A stretch of 59,241 bases of DNA, the filler included, from Ionaspis alba (taxonomy: Eukaryota), in NCBI GenBank assembly GCA_964255285.1. It is 8 parts of 8 records of this genome, joined end to end, with 100 filler letters (N's around TTAATTAATTAA, not from the genome) between each part and the next. Parts side by side here need not be neighbours in the genome. Positions count along the whole stretch, not along the records: positions 1 to 7,370 come from CAXUUL010000836.1; positions 7,471 to 14,799 come from CAXUUL010000837.1; 6 more parts are not named here. One strand, given 5' to 3'. Under the pieces are notes generated by a model. The model searched no databases. It saw only the letters and a program-made list of their open reading frames with translations, and had not been told where the DNA came from. Numbering within the stretch: the first letter of the stretch is position 1; every line of letters starts with the position of its first letter. The translations under genes were made by a program, and so were the position numbers. This document shows positions 1-11,415 of this stretch, one piece after another.

Positions 1-48
1 CCCCTCCTCCTTCCCCCCATCTTGCCTCTGGGCCCCGCTTTCTTTTGC

Positions 49-3000
49 TCAGAGATATTCCAGGCCCCATGTACATTCAAGTAAATATTCACCTTGGTTA
101 TCGGCTTCGTCCCCACGAATCAGGTCCTCCACACGAGACGTACTTAGAGACAAAAAGTAAAGGAACGTATCATGTAAAGCAAACAGACCATAAATATTCT
201 CTTGTAAGACACTGAAAACAGGAAGATCAAGCACATTGTCCTTGACGATAATACCATCACGATACACCTCCGCAAGCAAATGTACCATAAGAAACACATA
301 TCGAGTCCCTCGATATTCATGAACGAAACACTGAGACAACCGAGCCTTTTCTTGACCGACAAGCACATAATCGCCGGTACGAAATACCTTCCGCTTCCCT
401 GATTCATTCGTATATCCTACCCGTCCGAACCATCGCAAAGATCTATGGCCAAGGTCCATAACATTTCGTAGAGAGTAGTCCCTGCTATATGCCTCCCGTA
501 ACTGTCGCACGAAAAGGTGATTATGAGGAAGAGCACCTGGCTTAGTACTGGAGCTGATGGCCCACTCGTTCGCTTTTGGTAAAACGAAACCCGAGAGCGA
601 AAGGCCCGGCCGAACGTGATCTGAGTCTGGATGAAGCCTTCGTCGGGTCTCTGCCTCGACCTCATCTTGCTCCGATACAGGCAGGAAGCTTTGTACGAGT
701 GACGGACATCTTTCGTGTAGTATCCGCATTTTCTTCATAACATCAGGATGCGTGTGAGCCCAAGCGCCGGCGAGGCCAAGACGGAGGGACTGCTTCATCA
801 CATCCTTGGCGAAGAGGTAACCCATTAGGTTGGGAGGAGCTGCTGCGTCGGCCATGGCTTTGAAGGCTCTAGAAACATAACACTCGTCGTTAGCGAAAAC
901 ATGATTGGAAAAAGAATCCTGCATAACATCGGAAGAGCAGCGTCGGAGGTATGTAAAGGGTACATCAAAGGCACAAAGAATATTGTGCATGAAGAACGAG
1001 GGAGTAGACTTAGCTGTAGACGAGAGTATATAGGAGAGACTAGACTTAGCTATAGACGAGAGTGTATGGGAGGGGAGGGTAGACTTAGCTGTAGACAGAA
1101 CGAACAGAATATTTGAAAAGCTCGACGCCCAAATGCAAAGTACTTACTTATGTTTCAGCTCTCCTGCAAGGACATTGCTATTCATTACCGTACTGAACTC
1201 TCTTGCAGTCTCCGCCAAATGCAAACCAGCATGAACATTTGGAAGACCGAGTAATTTCTGCCACTTAGTGAGACCACGTCGTGGTAGCGCCTCTTCCTCT
1301 GGATCTTTCCGAGACCCATCTATTACCGCATTGTCGTATGATTCTGATTCTGATTCGGACGCTGATGTTGACGTTGACTCGAACATATCTGTCTCTTCCA
1401 CCTCGTTAGCCGCTTCATCGAGTAATGTCTCAGGGCCAACGGTTGCATCTAGGCCAAGACTTGTATCTGGGCGTTCGGTTCCTTCTGGACCATCCAAATC
1501 ATCACTCCTAGGAATGGCATCGCGTGCTGTCAAATCACCGCCGCCAGTAGCAGCATCGGCCGCAGTCAAGAGTAATAGCTGGTAACACCTCCTCGCCGAA
1601 ACGACTCGCCTATGTATTTCATCGGGATGTATATATTTCTGACTTCCTATTGTGCTGTTGCAGCTTGCAATTACGCTGAAAGCCCAGATAACAGCTTCCA
1701 TAGGTCTTGCGAATCGATTGGTCGCATTAAGTCGACGATCGGCGGCGTAGAGATATTTCAAACGAAACCAAAGGCCGTTAGCATGACTTCGTAAAATCAA
1801 AGGACAAAGGATAGTAGCTCTTCCGGCTTCAGACAACGACCAAGACCAGATATAAAAAGCAGGGCTTTGCATACGAGGCCAATGCTGCGGATATCGAAAC
1901 TTTTGAAAATGGCGCAAATAAGAGGAACAACCGCGTTTAGTCAAGATAGTGGAAAAGAGTAGACCTTGTAATACTCGACCGAGACCTCGCCATTCCGAGT
2001 GTGGCGCATCATATGGCCGTGCTTGGATAAGATCTAAAGAAGGTGCAAGTACCACGACAGCAGCTTCTTGTTTTTTCATTCCGGTTTCTTGCTCAAACCT
2101 CCGTAATCGTGCACCTTCGTAATCATTCGATTCTTCCCGTAGCCTCGATATCGGTATGTGATATCTCCCAAAACCAACAATATCATAGTCGAGCTTGCTC
2201 TTTTTCTTCTTCGGACACCAGCAGCTGCGGCATCCTAGATTAGCTGTATGCCTCAAAAACCCAGCGTTGTCTGCCTGTTGCGGTATGTCTCCGAGAAAAG
2301 CAAGCGTAAAGGCGCACACCATCCAGTCTTCGCCATTGATATTGAGAAGACAGCCTCGATCCAATTCTCGGATAGACTCGGCGAAGGCTTCAACGACGTC
2401 TCCGATAGCTGCACCATGAGGGCCAAGAGACAAGGTGAAAACATTAGCTATCTTTCGCCTCTCTTCATAAGCAAGATTCGCGGGAATCCAGTAGAAGGCT
2501 TTAAGAGCTCGATACATATTGCGGTGCACACCGAAGTCGTCAATAAACAGTTGAAATGGTAAAGACACAACACGGTTTCGAGCAAAACGCTCCACAAGAA
2601 ACTCTCGGCCATAATAAGCAACCTCTAATTCACCACGAGTGGCCTGCAACAGCTTCAATGCTCGGATAGTAACAGTAGAAAGATTGATAACTCGACGAAC
2701 GAAAAACCGATCATCTGGTATAATTATTTCGTCTTCATCTTCATCATGCTCACGATCAAGGTAGATTGAAAGGTGATGTAGAATGGAAGAAGGTGGGACT
2801 TCCAAAAGCTTGTCTTCTAATATGACAAGCTCATGGTCGTCGAGGTCGGAAGGGAGCAGTGTGTGTATTTGTGTGCTGTACGCATTGGACGCAAGGTCCC
2901 GAAGCAATACAACAGCTTGTAAAGTGACGACAATAGGACGACCGACCTCCACAACAGTAGATCGACAGTCTCTTCCCACAAATAGTACTCTGCCTTTGGT

Positions 3001-4134
3001 GAAGACTTCACCAGGCGCTTGTTCAAATCTGACGATATCGCCGGGGATGATCAATTCTTCCTCTCTTGTGTAAGCATTGTCTCCCGAAGCGGCTCGGATA
3101 GAAGAACCCCATGCTCTTGAATTCCACAATTCCGTCGGGTTGTCGCTATATTCAGCCATTCCGAAATGCATTTTAGTCACTAAAAACCGTGCTGAAAGAA
3201 TGTTGCGTACAAGATCGAGTGGGTCATACCAATAGATCCAAACATCTCTTATAATATGTCCCAGGTTCTTATCTCGAGAAGGCATGGATGGTTGCTTTTC
3301 CATATTTACCGTAATAGCTTTACGCATTAACTTCAACAAAGGCAGTTGTTGCCTAAGTCTCCGTTTCAAGGTATCCAGTTTGATCGGTAAAGCTGGCTCT
3401 TCATCTTCGATCTCCATGTCTTCTAGTAAATCTCCTTTCCGTAACTCGAAGATTTCTCTCAAGCGGGTATAATCGGTTCTAGAACAACCGCTTTTCTCCA
3501 TCCACAGACCCACCGCAATGTGCCAGATTGGTATAGGAGCTGTAGGAGAGCTGAAGGAGTTTGCAGCTAAAGATTCTGGACCGTTGACAGATATCTCTGA
3601 GCTCGCAATCGGAGAATGAGGTCCCTCGGTAGAGGATATTTGAGTGGGATTGAATCGAAAAAAAACGTCCTCGCTCTCGTCCTTGTAATCGCTGCCCTCC
3701 TCGTCTTCGCTCTGGCTCTCGCTATCGTCGCTGAGATCTAGAATATAGTCTTCGAATGGTGCAGCTTGCGGTCCAGGTGGAAAAGCTAGAGGGTCCTAAT
3801 GTTTTTTAGCCTTCTAGATTGGATACAGTGGATTATGTATCCCTACAATGCTATCGTCGAGCTCCGATACACCTTCCTCGGAGGAAATATCGGACCTATT
3901 CACAGGTTCTTCATAGTTGGGAAGATCGATATCGGTGAAGGCTTCATCGGAAGCCTCTGTCAAAGGATCATAAGGATGGTGAGGAAGCTGAGGAAGCTGC
4001 GGAAGACGAGGAAGACGAGGAAGACGAGGACTTGAAGGCCGAGGATGGGATATGGTATCTACAGCCTCTGAGTCTTCCTCAGAGCCGACATTCCAGACCA
4101 CAGAGTCAAAAGGATTGGAGTTTCTTGGTACCAT
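49..4134 (-). CDS. CMC-superfamily (CACTA/EnSpm/Mirage-like) DDE transposase, spliced, about 1251 aa; exons 4134-3847, 3795-1148, 868-49
   Basis: Three ORF-track ORFs join in frame through two GT..AG introns: 3846-3796 (GTAGGG..TAG) and 1147-869 (GTAAGT..branch GCTAAC..CTAG, giving GELKHK|AFK). Motifs occur in CMC order: LFIDDFG (D1, ~2541), Y-x-x-PANL..R, LGDIPQQ (D2, ~2289), GCRSC (CxxC), YDAPHSEWRG (DxxH), PNVHAGLHL (HxxxH), GELKHKAFK (E, ~1161). No internal stops or frameshifts. Confidence 0.8.
1005..1096. repeat. Three copies of TAGACTTAGCT(G/A)TAGAC (36-39 bp period) inside transposase intron 2
   Basis: Copies start at 1005, 1041 and 1080; read directly from the sequence. Confidence 0.9.
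3981..4029. repeat. 9-bp coding tandem repeat (GAGGAAGAC/GAGGAAGCT) encoding PRLPRLPRLPQLPQLP in transposase exon 1
   Basis: Read directly from the sequence. Confidence 0.8.
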
Positions 4135-4522
4135 AGTAACTTAGTATACCAATTGAACCTGAGCGTGGGTAGGTGGAATTGTAGTGGATGTACCAGCAAT
4201 TTTCGTCCGGGCTACATGTATTTACGCCAAGATCAACCCCATAGATTCTATTTGGCATAGGATTACTGTATGTACTCAAATGCAATAGACAAAGTTTGCA
4301 TTTCATTATAACTACTGTCTAGCTAAAGCACATTGTGCAACATGCCATGCCTGTCGCATAGTAGTGAGGGTAAGCTAAAGTATGCCGGCATTGAGCCAAC
4401 GTGGTACCACCCCAGAAGACTATCCGTCAGCAGAGGCTGCTAAGATACAGACAGAAAAGAAGTAGAAGATAGAGAGGCCTTGAAGCCTTTGGAGGTCCCA
4501 TGCTAGACATCAAATACCAACG

Positions 4523-7368
4523 TCAACCGGCCTGAACATGAGTACCTCTGCTCAGGCTTATAATATGGCGAAGCACTTCTTCTGGCGTAAGGACTGGAAG
4601 ACGTAGATGAGCTACCGCGGCATCATCTTTGTAGTAGGCTTCGCCGTGGAATAGAACAAATTTCCCAACGTCGACCACATCTTCGTCGTCTTGGGGTATT
4701 CCTTCTTCTGCATCTTCATCGCCTCCGGACACCATAGAATCGGCCATTTCAGCCATAACGTTCGGAAGCATTTTCTGGATGTTGAGCTCATTAAGGCGAT
4801 CATTGAAAGATTTCCTCAAATAGTATTCGTGGACATGAATCACATTTGATGGATTTCCGAGCCGACGAACCCTCCCCACTGACTGAACACCAAGAGGTAT
4901 GTTAGGAGGCGGGTCGAACATGATCACTCTCCAACATCTTTTCTGGAGGTTCAACCCCAGACTGCCCATCGAGTATGTGGCGACCATGATCATACCTTCG
5001 TCCGTATCGTTGAAACGCTCAATCATTTGTTGCCGTTTTTCCGCATTTAATGCTGCCGAGAACAGCATTGCGTCCACATTGGCTAGACGTAAAGCCCCGT
5101 AGACAAAAAGCTGGGTGGCGGGATATCTGCACCAAATAAGGTGCTTCTCTTCGTCTCGGACAGCATGTACTGCAAGATCTTTGAGTAACATCCTCAGCTT
5201 TGGTGACCCCGTAGCCAGACATTTAAGCAGGCCCGGCCTATCTTGTTTATCAGGAATCTGATATTCCGGTCTGCCTTTGCCGATCAACTTCAGCCAGGTC
5301 CATATGAAGTTCTCGTTGTCTATCCACATAGGCATGGATGAAGCCTTCAACCGTTCCTCGATCGATAGGATGTCAGGCCATATACAAGCCAGTGAAAGTT
5401 TCCTTAGGTTTCCGAAACTCCACCTGGGTCGTCCCGATGTTTTGTCGGTATAGACCAATCTGCTAAGGAAATCTGTGGCGATGCTGTCATACTGAGTTTG
5501 TTCAACCGGAGAAAAGGAAGTCTCGTAGATTGTAGCATGCACCTTAGGAAGGTGTTCTCCGATAGTGAGGGGATTCGAATAGGGGACACGTGAGACATAG
5601 GTTCTTCGGATCAAACTTGCAGCCCAAATGTCTCGCAAACGATACCCACCAATCGCTGCTGATATGCCAGTCTTGAAAATGAAGGTATCCGCAGCGCGCA
5701 AAGTCGCGCGAAGAATAGCCCCAGGATGATCATGCCGCAGAAGGTACGGATTTACATCTCTGACAAGATGCATAGCTTCGAGGTTGTTTGGATGCCAGAG
5801 CTCCGCGGCATTCTTCGGTTCGATAAGTTTTAGAAACCCTCTGTAGTCTCTAATTCCAGACAGTAATGGTGTAGCGCTCAAAAAGATATAGAAGTCGGCA
5901 TCTAACCAATCCATGGTTATGTTGAGTTCTGTATCTTCGTTTTTGATCGCATGTGCTTCATCCAAGACCACAGTATCGAACATTTTGGCTAGACCGGTGT
6001 TCCAGCTTGGATCATACATGTCCTTGTACCGCTCGATGTAAGCCGCATCGCGTCCATTTTGGCGGCGCCAGGAACTTTGTGCACGAGGACCATGCCGTTT
6101 AGCCAAAGTATGAGGACTCGTGATAATGATCGCCTCTGCGTTGCTCTCCATGCCATTGAGCAAAGGATGCATGGGGGACAGCGGAGGCTTGACAACTGTT
6201 ACTCCGGGACGATCAGGCAGGCGATAATCTCCGTAATACTTGTGAATCTGAAATGTGGGCGTAATAGACGCTATCTCCGTGATCCACTGGTCTAACAACT
6301 GAGCAGGTACTATTATCAGAAATGGTCTGGCCGGTCCACGCTGATGTTCGAGCATGGCCCGTCTATCGTTACGCCGCTGTAAGGATGGTTAGATAGATGT
6401 TTGATGAAGGCTTCATCCGAATAACTTACTGATAGCAGATATCCCAACGTTATCCAAGTCTTCCCCAAACCTACTGCATCCGCCAACGTACAGCCGCGTA
6501 GCCGAAACGGGTTTCCGAGGCGGAATTCTCGAATAGTATTGATCGCCACTGGTTGCCAAGGTGTGAAAGAGCTGCTTCGAGTCATGCCATGTATTCGAGG
6601 CTTGTTAGCATTGACGATTCTGAGGTTCGCCATGGCTTCTTCCACATTTTCTCTCTGATACTCTCGGTTGTCCAGCAGAAGCTCCACGTTTTCGAATCTC
6701 TCAGCTGATTCCTTAGTAAAAGGAATATCAGGAAAGCTGTCTTCGGTAGCGGCACTTTGTCGTGCCAGCTCTCGTGCCCACGCAAGAGAACCTCGATCAG
6801 CTTCCACAGCATCACTGTAGAGATTGTCTATTGTAGTCTTGAACTCGTCCAAGGTTCCCCGACTCTCCGCTGCTTCCATCATAAGGGCCTTTCGCCAACA
6901 GCGGTCAGCCATATCCATAGTTGTGGACGAGCTTTCTATCCACATCCTTTCCTCATTATTCAACACCTGTATTGTCTCATCCGGTGTTTCTTCGTCCAGT
7001 TCTGCTTCGGGTTCTGATTGAGCCCGAACAAAAGGAGACTGGACTGGGGGCTGAGACGGAGCCTGAGACGGAGCCTGAGGTGGAGGTGGAGGTTGAGGTA
7101 GAGGAGGAGTTGGAGGCAGAGGATCTTGGATCTGGGCTGGTGAAGCCTTCACCAGACCAGATCCGCTGGCCTTATGAGTTATTGTCAGCTTAGCCCGCTT
7201 TGATGGGGTAAGACCTAGTAAATCCGCGCTCCTAGACCCGGTTTTGCGAGCCGGAGCAAGATCGAAAGAGACTCGTTGGTACAACAGCCATACCCGCGTT
7301 TCCATCTCTGTGGCACTGAGACCTTTCCGAAAAAAAATGCCATCTTGGTCGTTGAGATTGTCGGTTTT
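4523..7368 (-). CDS. SWI2/SNF2-family ATPase, divergent and stand-alone; frame open to the scaffold edge, so probably 5'-partial; exons 7368-6430 and 6376-4523
   Basis: All SNF2 motifs are present: LADAVGLGKT (I), FLIIVPAQLLDQW (Ia), VVLDEAHAIKN (II), LSATP (III), HLIWC (IV), GSLGLNLQ..VIMFD (V), QSVGRVRRLG (VI). A phase-0 intron 6429-6377 (GTAAGT..CTAAC..CAG) joins ORFs 6316-7305 and 4523-6355. The N-terminus is Pro-rich and acidic. Confidence 0.9.
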
Positions 7369-7370
7369 TA

Positions 7371-7470
7371 NNNNNNNNNNNNNNNNNNNNNNNNNNNNNN
7401 NNNNNNNNNNNNNNTTAATTAATTAANNNNNNNNNNNNNNNNNNNNNNNNNNNNNNNNNNNNNNNNNNNN
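7371..7470. other. Artificial scaffold linker N44-TTAATTAATTAA-N44 (also at 14800-14899, 22222-22321, 29641-29740, 37056-37155, 44459-44558, 51861-51960)
   Basis: An identical 100-bp spacer with stops in all six frames. The flanking scaffold lengths fall monotonically: 7370, 7329, 7322, 7319, 7315, 7303, 7302, 7281. Confidence 0.98.
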
Positions 7471-7569
7471 GCGTTTCCCGGATCGTCAATATATCCAAGG
7501 CAGTCTCGATTTACTTTGCGGGAAAACGGGAATGATGAGAGAAGAAGAAGAAGAGGGATGTATACGTAC

Positions 7570-8178
7570 AGGATGGCGAATTTGGTAGGCACTAGGGTGA
7601 AGAAGAGGACGAGACTGAAGCAGATGACGAAGCAGGCCAGTGCTGCCAGGTTGCAAGCACCGAAGATCATCAGACGATCCCATCGACTCACTGTTTATCG
7701 ACAACGGTTTTTTTTTTGTCAGCAATCGATAAAGAGTAGATGCTGGAGGGGTAGGGAGGGGAGGCACGGGGGTTGCTTATGCTGCAGAATAGACTAGAGG
7801 GGCATGATGCATGATGGTATGCGTGTGACAATAACGGGCACGCAGGAACTTGTGTAACCATCACCAAGATTGAGATGAGATACAAACGGAAAGCCAGAAC
7901 GGGAGGCAGAAAAGAAAGACAAGAAGCTTGACCGACTCACAGGCAAAAAAGCCTTCCTCTTCTTCTCGTCGACTGGGTGCAGGCAACGGGGCACCTGGTC
8001 CCTCTTGGGATGTCGTGGGCAGCCTAACATAGCCACCGTCGCTGAAGGGGTTGAATGATTGGAGCCTTGACAGGAATGGAGTCGAGGACGACGAGGTGGA
8101 GGTGTTGACCGGGATATCCGGGTCTCTTCGGCTCCATCCCAGAGAATTCATTGAATCTCGAAAGCTGGTCGATGCCAT
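7570..8178 (-). CDS. SFT2: Vesicle transport protein SFT2 (Got1/Sft2 family), 3'-partial; exons 8178-7941 and 7690-7570
   Basis: MASTSFRDSMNSLGWSRRDPD...RREEEEGFFA|LSRWDRLMIFGACNLAALACFVICF...PTKFAIL matches Pezizomycotina SFT2. Intron 7940-7691 (GTGAGT..CAG); the next intron starts at 7569 and runs off the scaffold. Confidence 0.85.
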
Positions 8179-11100
8179 GATTGATATTTTGAGTTTTGGA
8201 GCGTTTGCTGGTTCCGACGGAGGAAGAAGTCGAGGTTATTCTGGAATGGAAGGATTATCGGCAGCCGCCAGTACCGACGCCTTGTACTGTCTCGCACCTC
8301 TCTGGACGACTTGTTGCCCACCACTAGGAATGGAGGGATACGAGTCGGAGTGGGTTGAGGCTTGACTAGTTCTCCAAATGCCAGATTTGCTCGAAGAGGG
8401 CGGGAGAGCAAGGAATTCGGTTGGATCGGCCTTCTAGAACGAATGCAAGTCGTGGCTGCGATGGAGGGTGGGCAGAGGTCGGAGCTCTGGCGTAGCTCGT
8501 CTTGCTTTCCAGTAGCAGTATTAGGACGAATGATGGGCTCGAGCTCTGGAGAGTGTCTGCCGCAAGTGCGCGGCAGTAAGCGGAAGATTTCGTGCAGATG
8601 ATCAGCCTCCGGGGTAAGGAGAACGAAGGGTGGTGGCTCGAGGACCAGTAGTGGTAAGTGTCTAATCTGGAGGGAGGGAAAGAATGCCGATCGAGGGCAA
8701 GAATGTACGAATGACTCTGGGGGAGGATGTCTCGCAGCGGTGATTGGGTGTGTGGGAAAAGAGCTTGGATGATAGATAGATGAACCAAGAACCCGTGATG
8801 TCGACGAACCGGAATACTGGGAAAGAAGGCTTTCTCGTCAGGAATTTTGCGGATAGCTGAGACTATAGGGCGCAAGTAGTGGAGCGCAGTTATGAGAAGA
8901 AGGGAAAATCAAGGGTGTTTGGGATTTAACGGGATCCAAGAGAACAAGGTAATGTAGGAATCTGCAAGTAGGCAGGTAGTTGAAGATGGTGGTGTCGACG
9001 AGGAAGAGGTGGATGGCGCGTCCAGTGGCGGTGATTGGTTGAAATGGTGGGTGGGATAGGCAGCGTCGAGTTGGATGGCACGACACCCACTTGCTTGACG
9101 TTTCCCCATAGAAAACAGGAATGTTATTGATAATGAACGGTAAGCAGGTAGGGAAGGGATACTACTAGAGTGCATGCGTATGTGGAAGAGCAATATATTT
9201 TCAAAATGGTCTAGGCTGTCTAGTGACCCATGGAAGGGGATAGAGAGGGTGTATGTGTGTGCGTGAGAGGGAGGTCAACCATACTAATTACCAAATGCTC
9301 AGCTACTACGTACTCCAGAATTGTCTTATTGGAGTTTGCACTATAGAGGAACTACGTACCGCTAGTGACCCGGACGCGTTAAGGGTCCATATCGAACTTC
9401 ACGGTCGGGATCGGAACTTGGAGACTCGAAGGAGAGAAGGAATTGGCCAGTTGCCAACTTTGAGGGGCGTATAGTCCCAAGCTTCTCGCCGCTACATCCA
9501 CCCATACTGCTCTTTCCCATTGGCAAGGCGTTCCATTGCTTTCCCTTCTGGGCAGGCTTTTCTCCCTTCGCTTTACTCCATATTGACTCTGGGGCGTCTT
9601 TGGCGGTGGAGAGGCTCACTGATACGATCAGAAGCCTGTACGAGGTCAAGACGTCTCCCCCACACCAGGCGCGATCTTGATTCAGCTTCCCTAGATGGGC
9701 AAAAGGTTGCATATTGCATCGGAGCCTGTCCGGATAATGGCATACGACGACCGTGTCTTTGAATGATAATATAGTTTGCCTTCCCTTCCCACAATATAGC
9801 CACAGATGACAGTAGTGAGTGGTGGTCATCTACGGAATTGCCAGAAACAACCAAAATGACCCCCCACCAGACAATCAACCCACCCCCTCCATTCCACCTT
9901 CCTTCTTTCCCTTCAATAGTATACTGTACCCTTCCCTCTCCCGACTCCCCCCGCCCCACACCTTTCTCTCTCTCTCATACCACACCCTCTGCAGATGTCT
10001 CAGGCCAAGCACATGCACAAAATGCACCACGCTTGCTTGTCCTGGCTGATCTGTACGCCTGGCCTCGAAGTGCGAAACCGGTGAGTCACATTGGACGAAA
10101 AAAGGATGCTCCGGGTCTGTCTCTGTCAACACTGTAGCAATAATGTAGACTTCGAGGTCAGGCTAACGGTGGCGGATGATGATGATACTCGAGTGAAACC
10201 GACGAATGACTAGTTGATCGATCGTGCGCGAGTCGGTGACTTTCTTGGTCCCAGTGTCAAATGAGAGGTGCAGTTGACTGCCCGGCCACATAAAGACCTT
10301 GCAGCACTCCCGCCGTCCCCTAGTCCTAGCGACGGAATCCAAAGTCAAAGCCTCTTGTGTACCATTTCCGCCTCAAGGCAAGTCTCCTTCGCTCCTCGAC
10401 CACGATTCGTTCCATTCGATCCAAGGTCCCAAGGCCCACAGAGGATCCAAAGCGACTTCTTCCTTGGTCAAGCCTCACGCGCCTCAACAGGGTCAAGACA
10501 CACACGACGCCTCATGCTCAGCGGCCTTTGCGATACAGGAATAGAAAAGGCAGCAGGGTTTCCCTTCCTGCCTAACAAACATATCCTGACCCAGTAATCC
10601 CTGGCTCCATCCATCATCCACGATTCAATCCTCTCGCTCTCACCCCCCCTAAACCGAAGTCACAAAGTCACTTTTCAACACTGACCGAAAGTCTATTNNN
10701 NNNNNNNNNNNNNNNNNNNNNNNNNNNNNNNNNNNNNNNNNNNNNNNNNNNNNNNNNNNNNNNNNNNNNNNNNNNNNNNNNNNNNNNNNNNNNNNNNTCA
10801 ACGACGATCTCGCAGCTGTTTTTAAACCTCTGGTCCGGCTGCTTTCCCGACCGGAGACGAGAGCGACTGATAAGCGAGCGTCCCGCCCGACTATTCTTCT
10901 TCGCCCTCTCAGCAGCAGCAAAGCAGTAACGCCAGAGCACCAAAGCCCAAGGAAAACGAGCGACTGAGCGACTGAGCGACACCGCCCCACTAACCCACTA
11001 AACCGCTTATCCACTAAACCGAATCTCCAAACCGAACCTCCGATCTTCCTTCTCACCAACTTATTTGCTCTCTCCTCTACTTCACACATTAGTCTCTCCG

Positions 11101-11387
11101 TCCCTCCCCTCTCCACCCGAAGGAGCTCACCGCCGTCGCAACTCCTCCTCGTCCGTGGTCGGGTCGCTTCTTCGAGTCGCACGGCGTTTCCACTCTCTTC
11201 TTACCACCCCCCTCCCTTCAACTCTGCCACAGCTGCTACACTGCCGCAAACTATCCACGGTATCGCAGGTCATCAGTCCTCCGGACCCAGGATCCTGCAT
11301 CGCACCAACCGGATAATCATTGCTCAGCATCAACCCTCTGCTGCATCCACGGAGCCGACTGCCAAGCTAGCGTCCGACCGCTGGTAG

Positions 11388-11415
11388 TGCTACTGCTGCT
11401 GCTGCTGCTGCTGCT
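11388..11415. repeat. (GCT)n-type microsatellite
   Basis: tgctactgctgctgctgctgctgctgct read directly from the sequence. Confidence 0.85.

Larger units (their letters stand above)
1..7370 (-). mobile_element. Putative internal part of a large CMC-type DNA transposon (transposase plus SNF2 ATPase); termini not captured
   Basis: The whole scaffold consists of the transposase and the co-oriented SNF2 gene with a 388-bp spacer, and contains no housekeeping gene. No TIR or TSD is visible because the scaffold ends 48 bp past the transposase stop and inside the SNF2 frame. Confidence 0.5.

Noticed and set aside
1..48. Transposon terminal inverted repeat at the window start
   Set aside because: There is no CAC-type terminus and no matching inverted copy in the scaffold; the sequence simply ends.
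1005..1096. CRISPR-like repeat/spacer pattern
   Set aside because: Only three units, the intervening sequences resemble each other, it sits in a eukaryotic intron, and there are no cas genes.
7415..7426. TTAATTAATTAA palindrome recurring every ~7.4 kb
   Set aside because: It is an artificial six-frame-stop linker inside N padding; neither it nor gene adjacency across it is biological.
8366..11182. Numerous 60-180 aa ORFs between SFT2 and the bHLH gene, and similar ones at 33598-35581 and 53739-54724
   Set aside because: They are low-complexity, mostly start at non-ATG codons and show no recognisable motifs; consistent with UTR or intergenic sequence.
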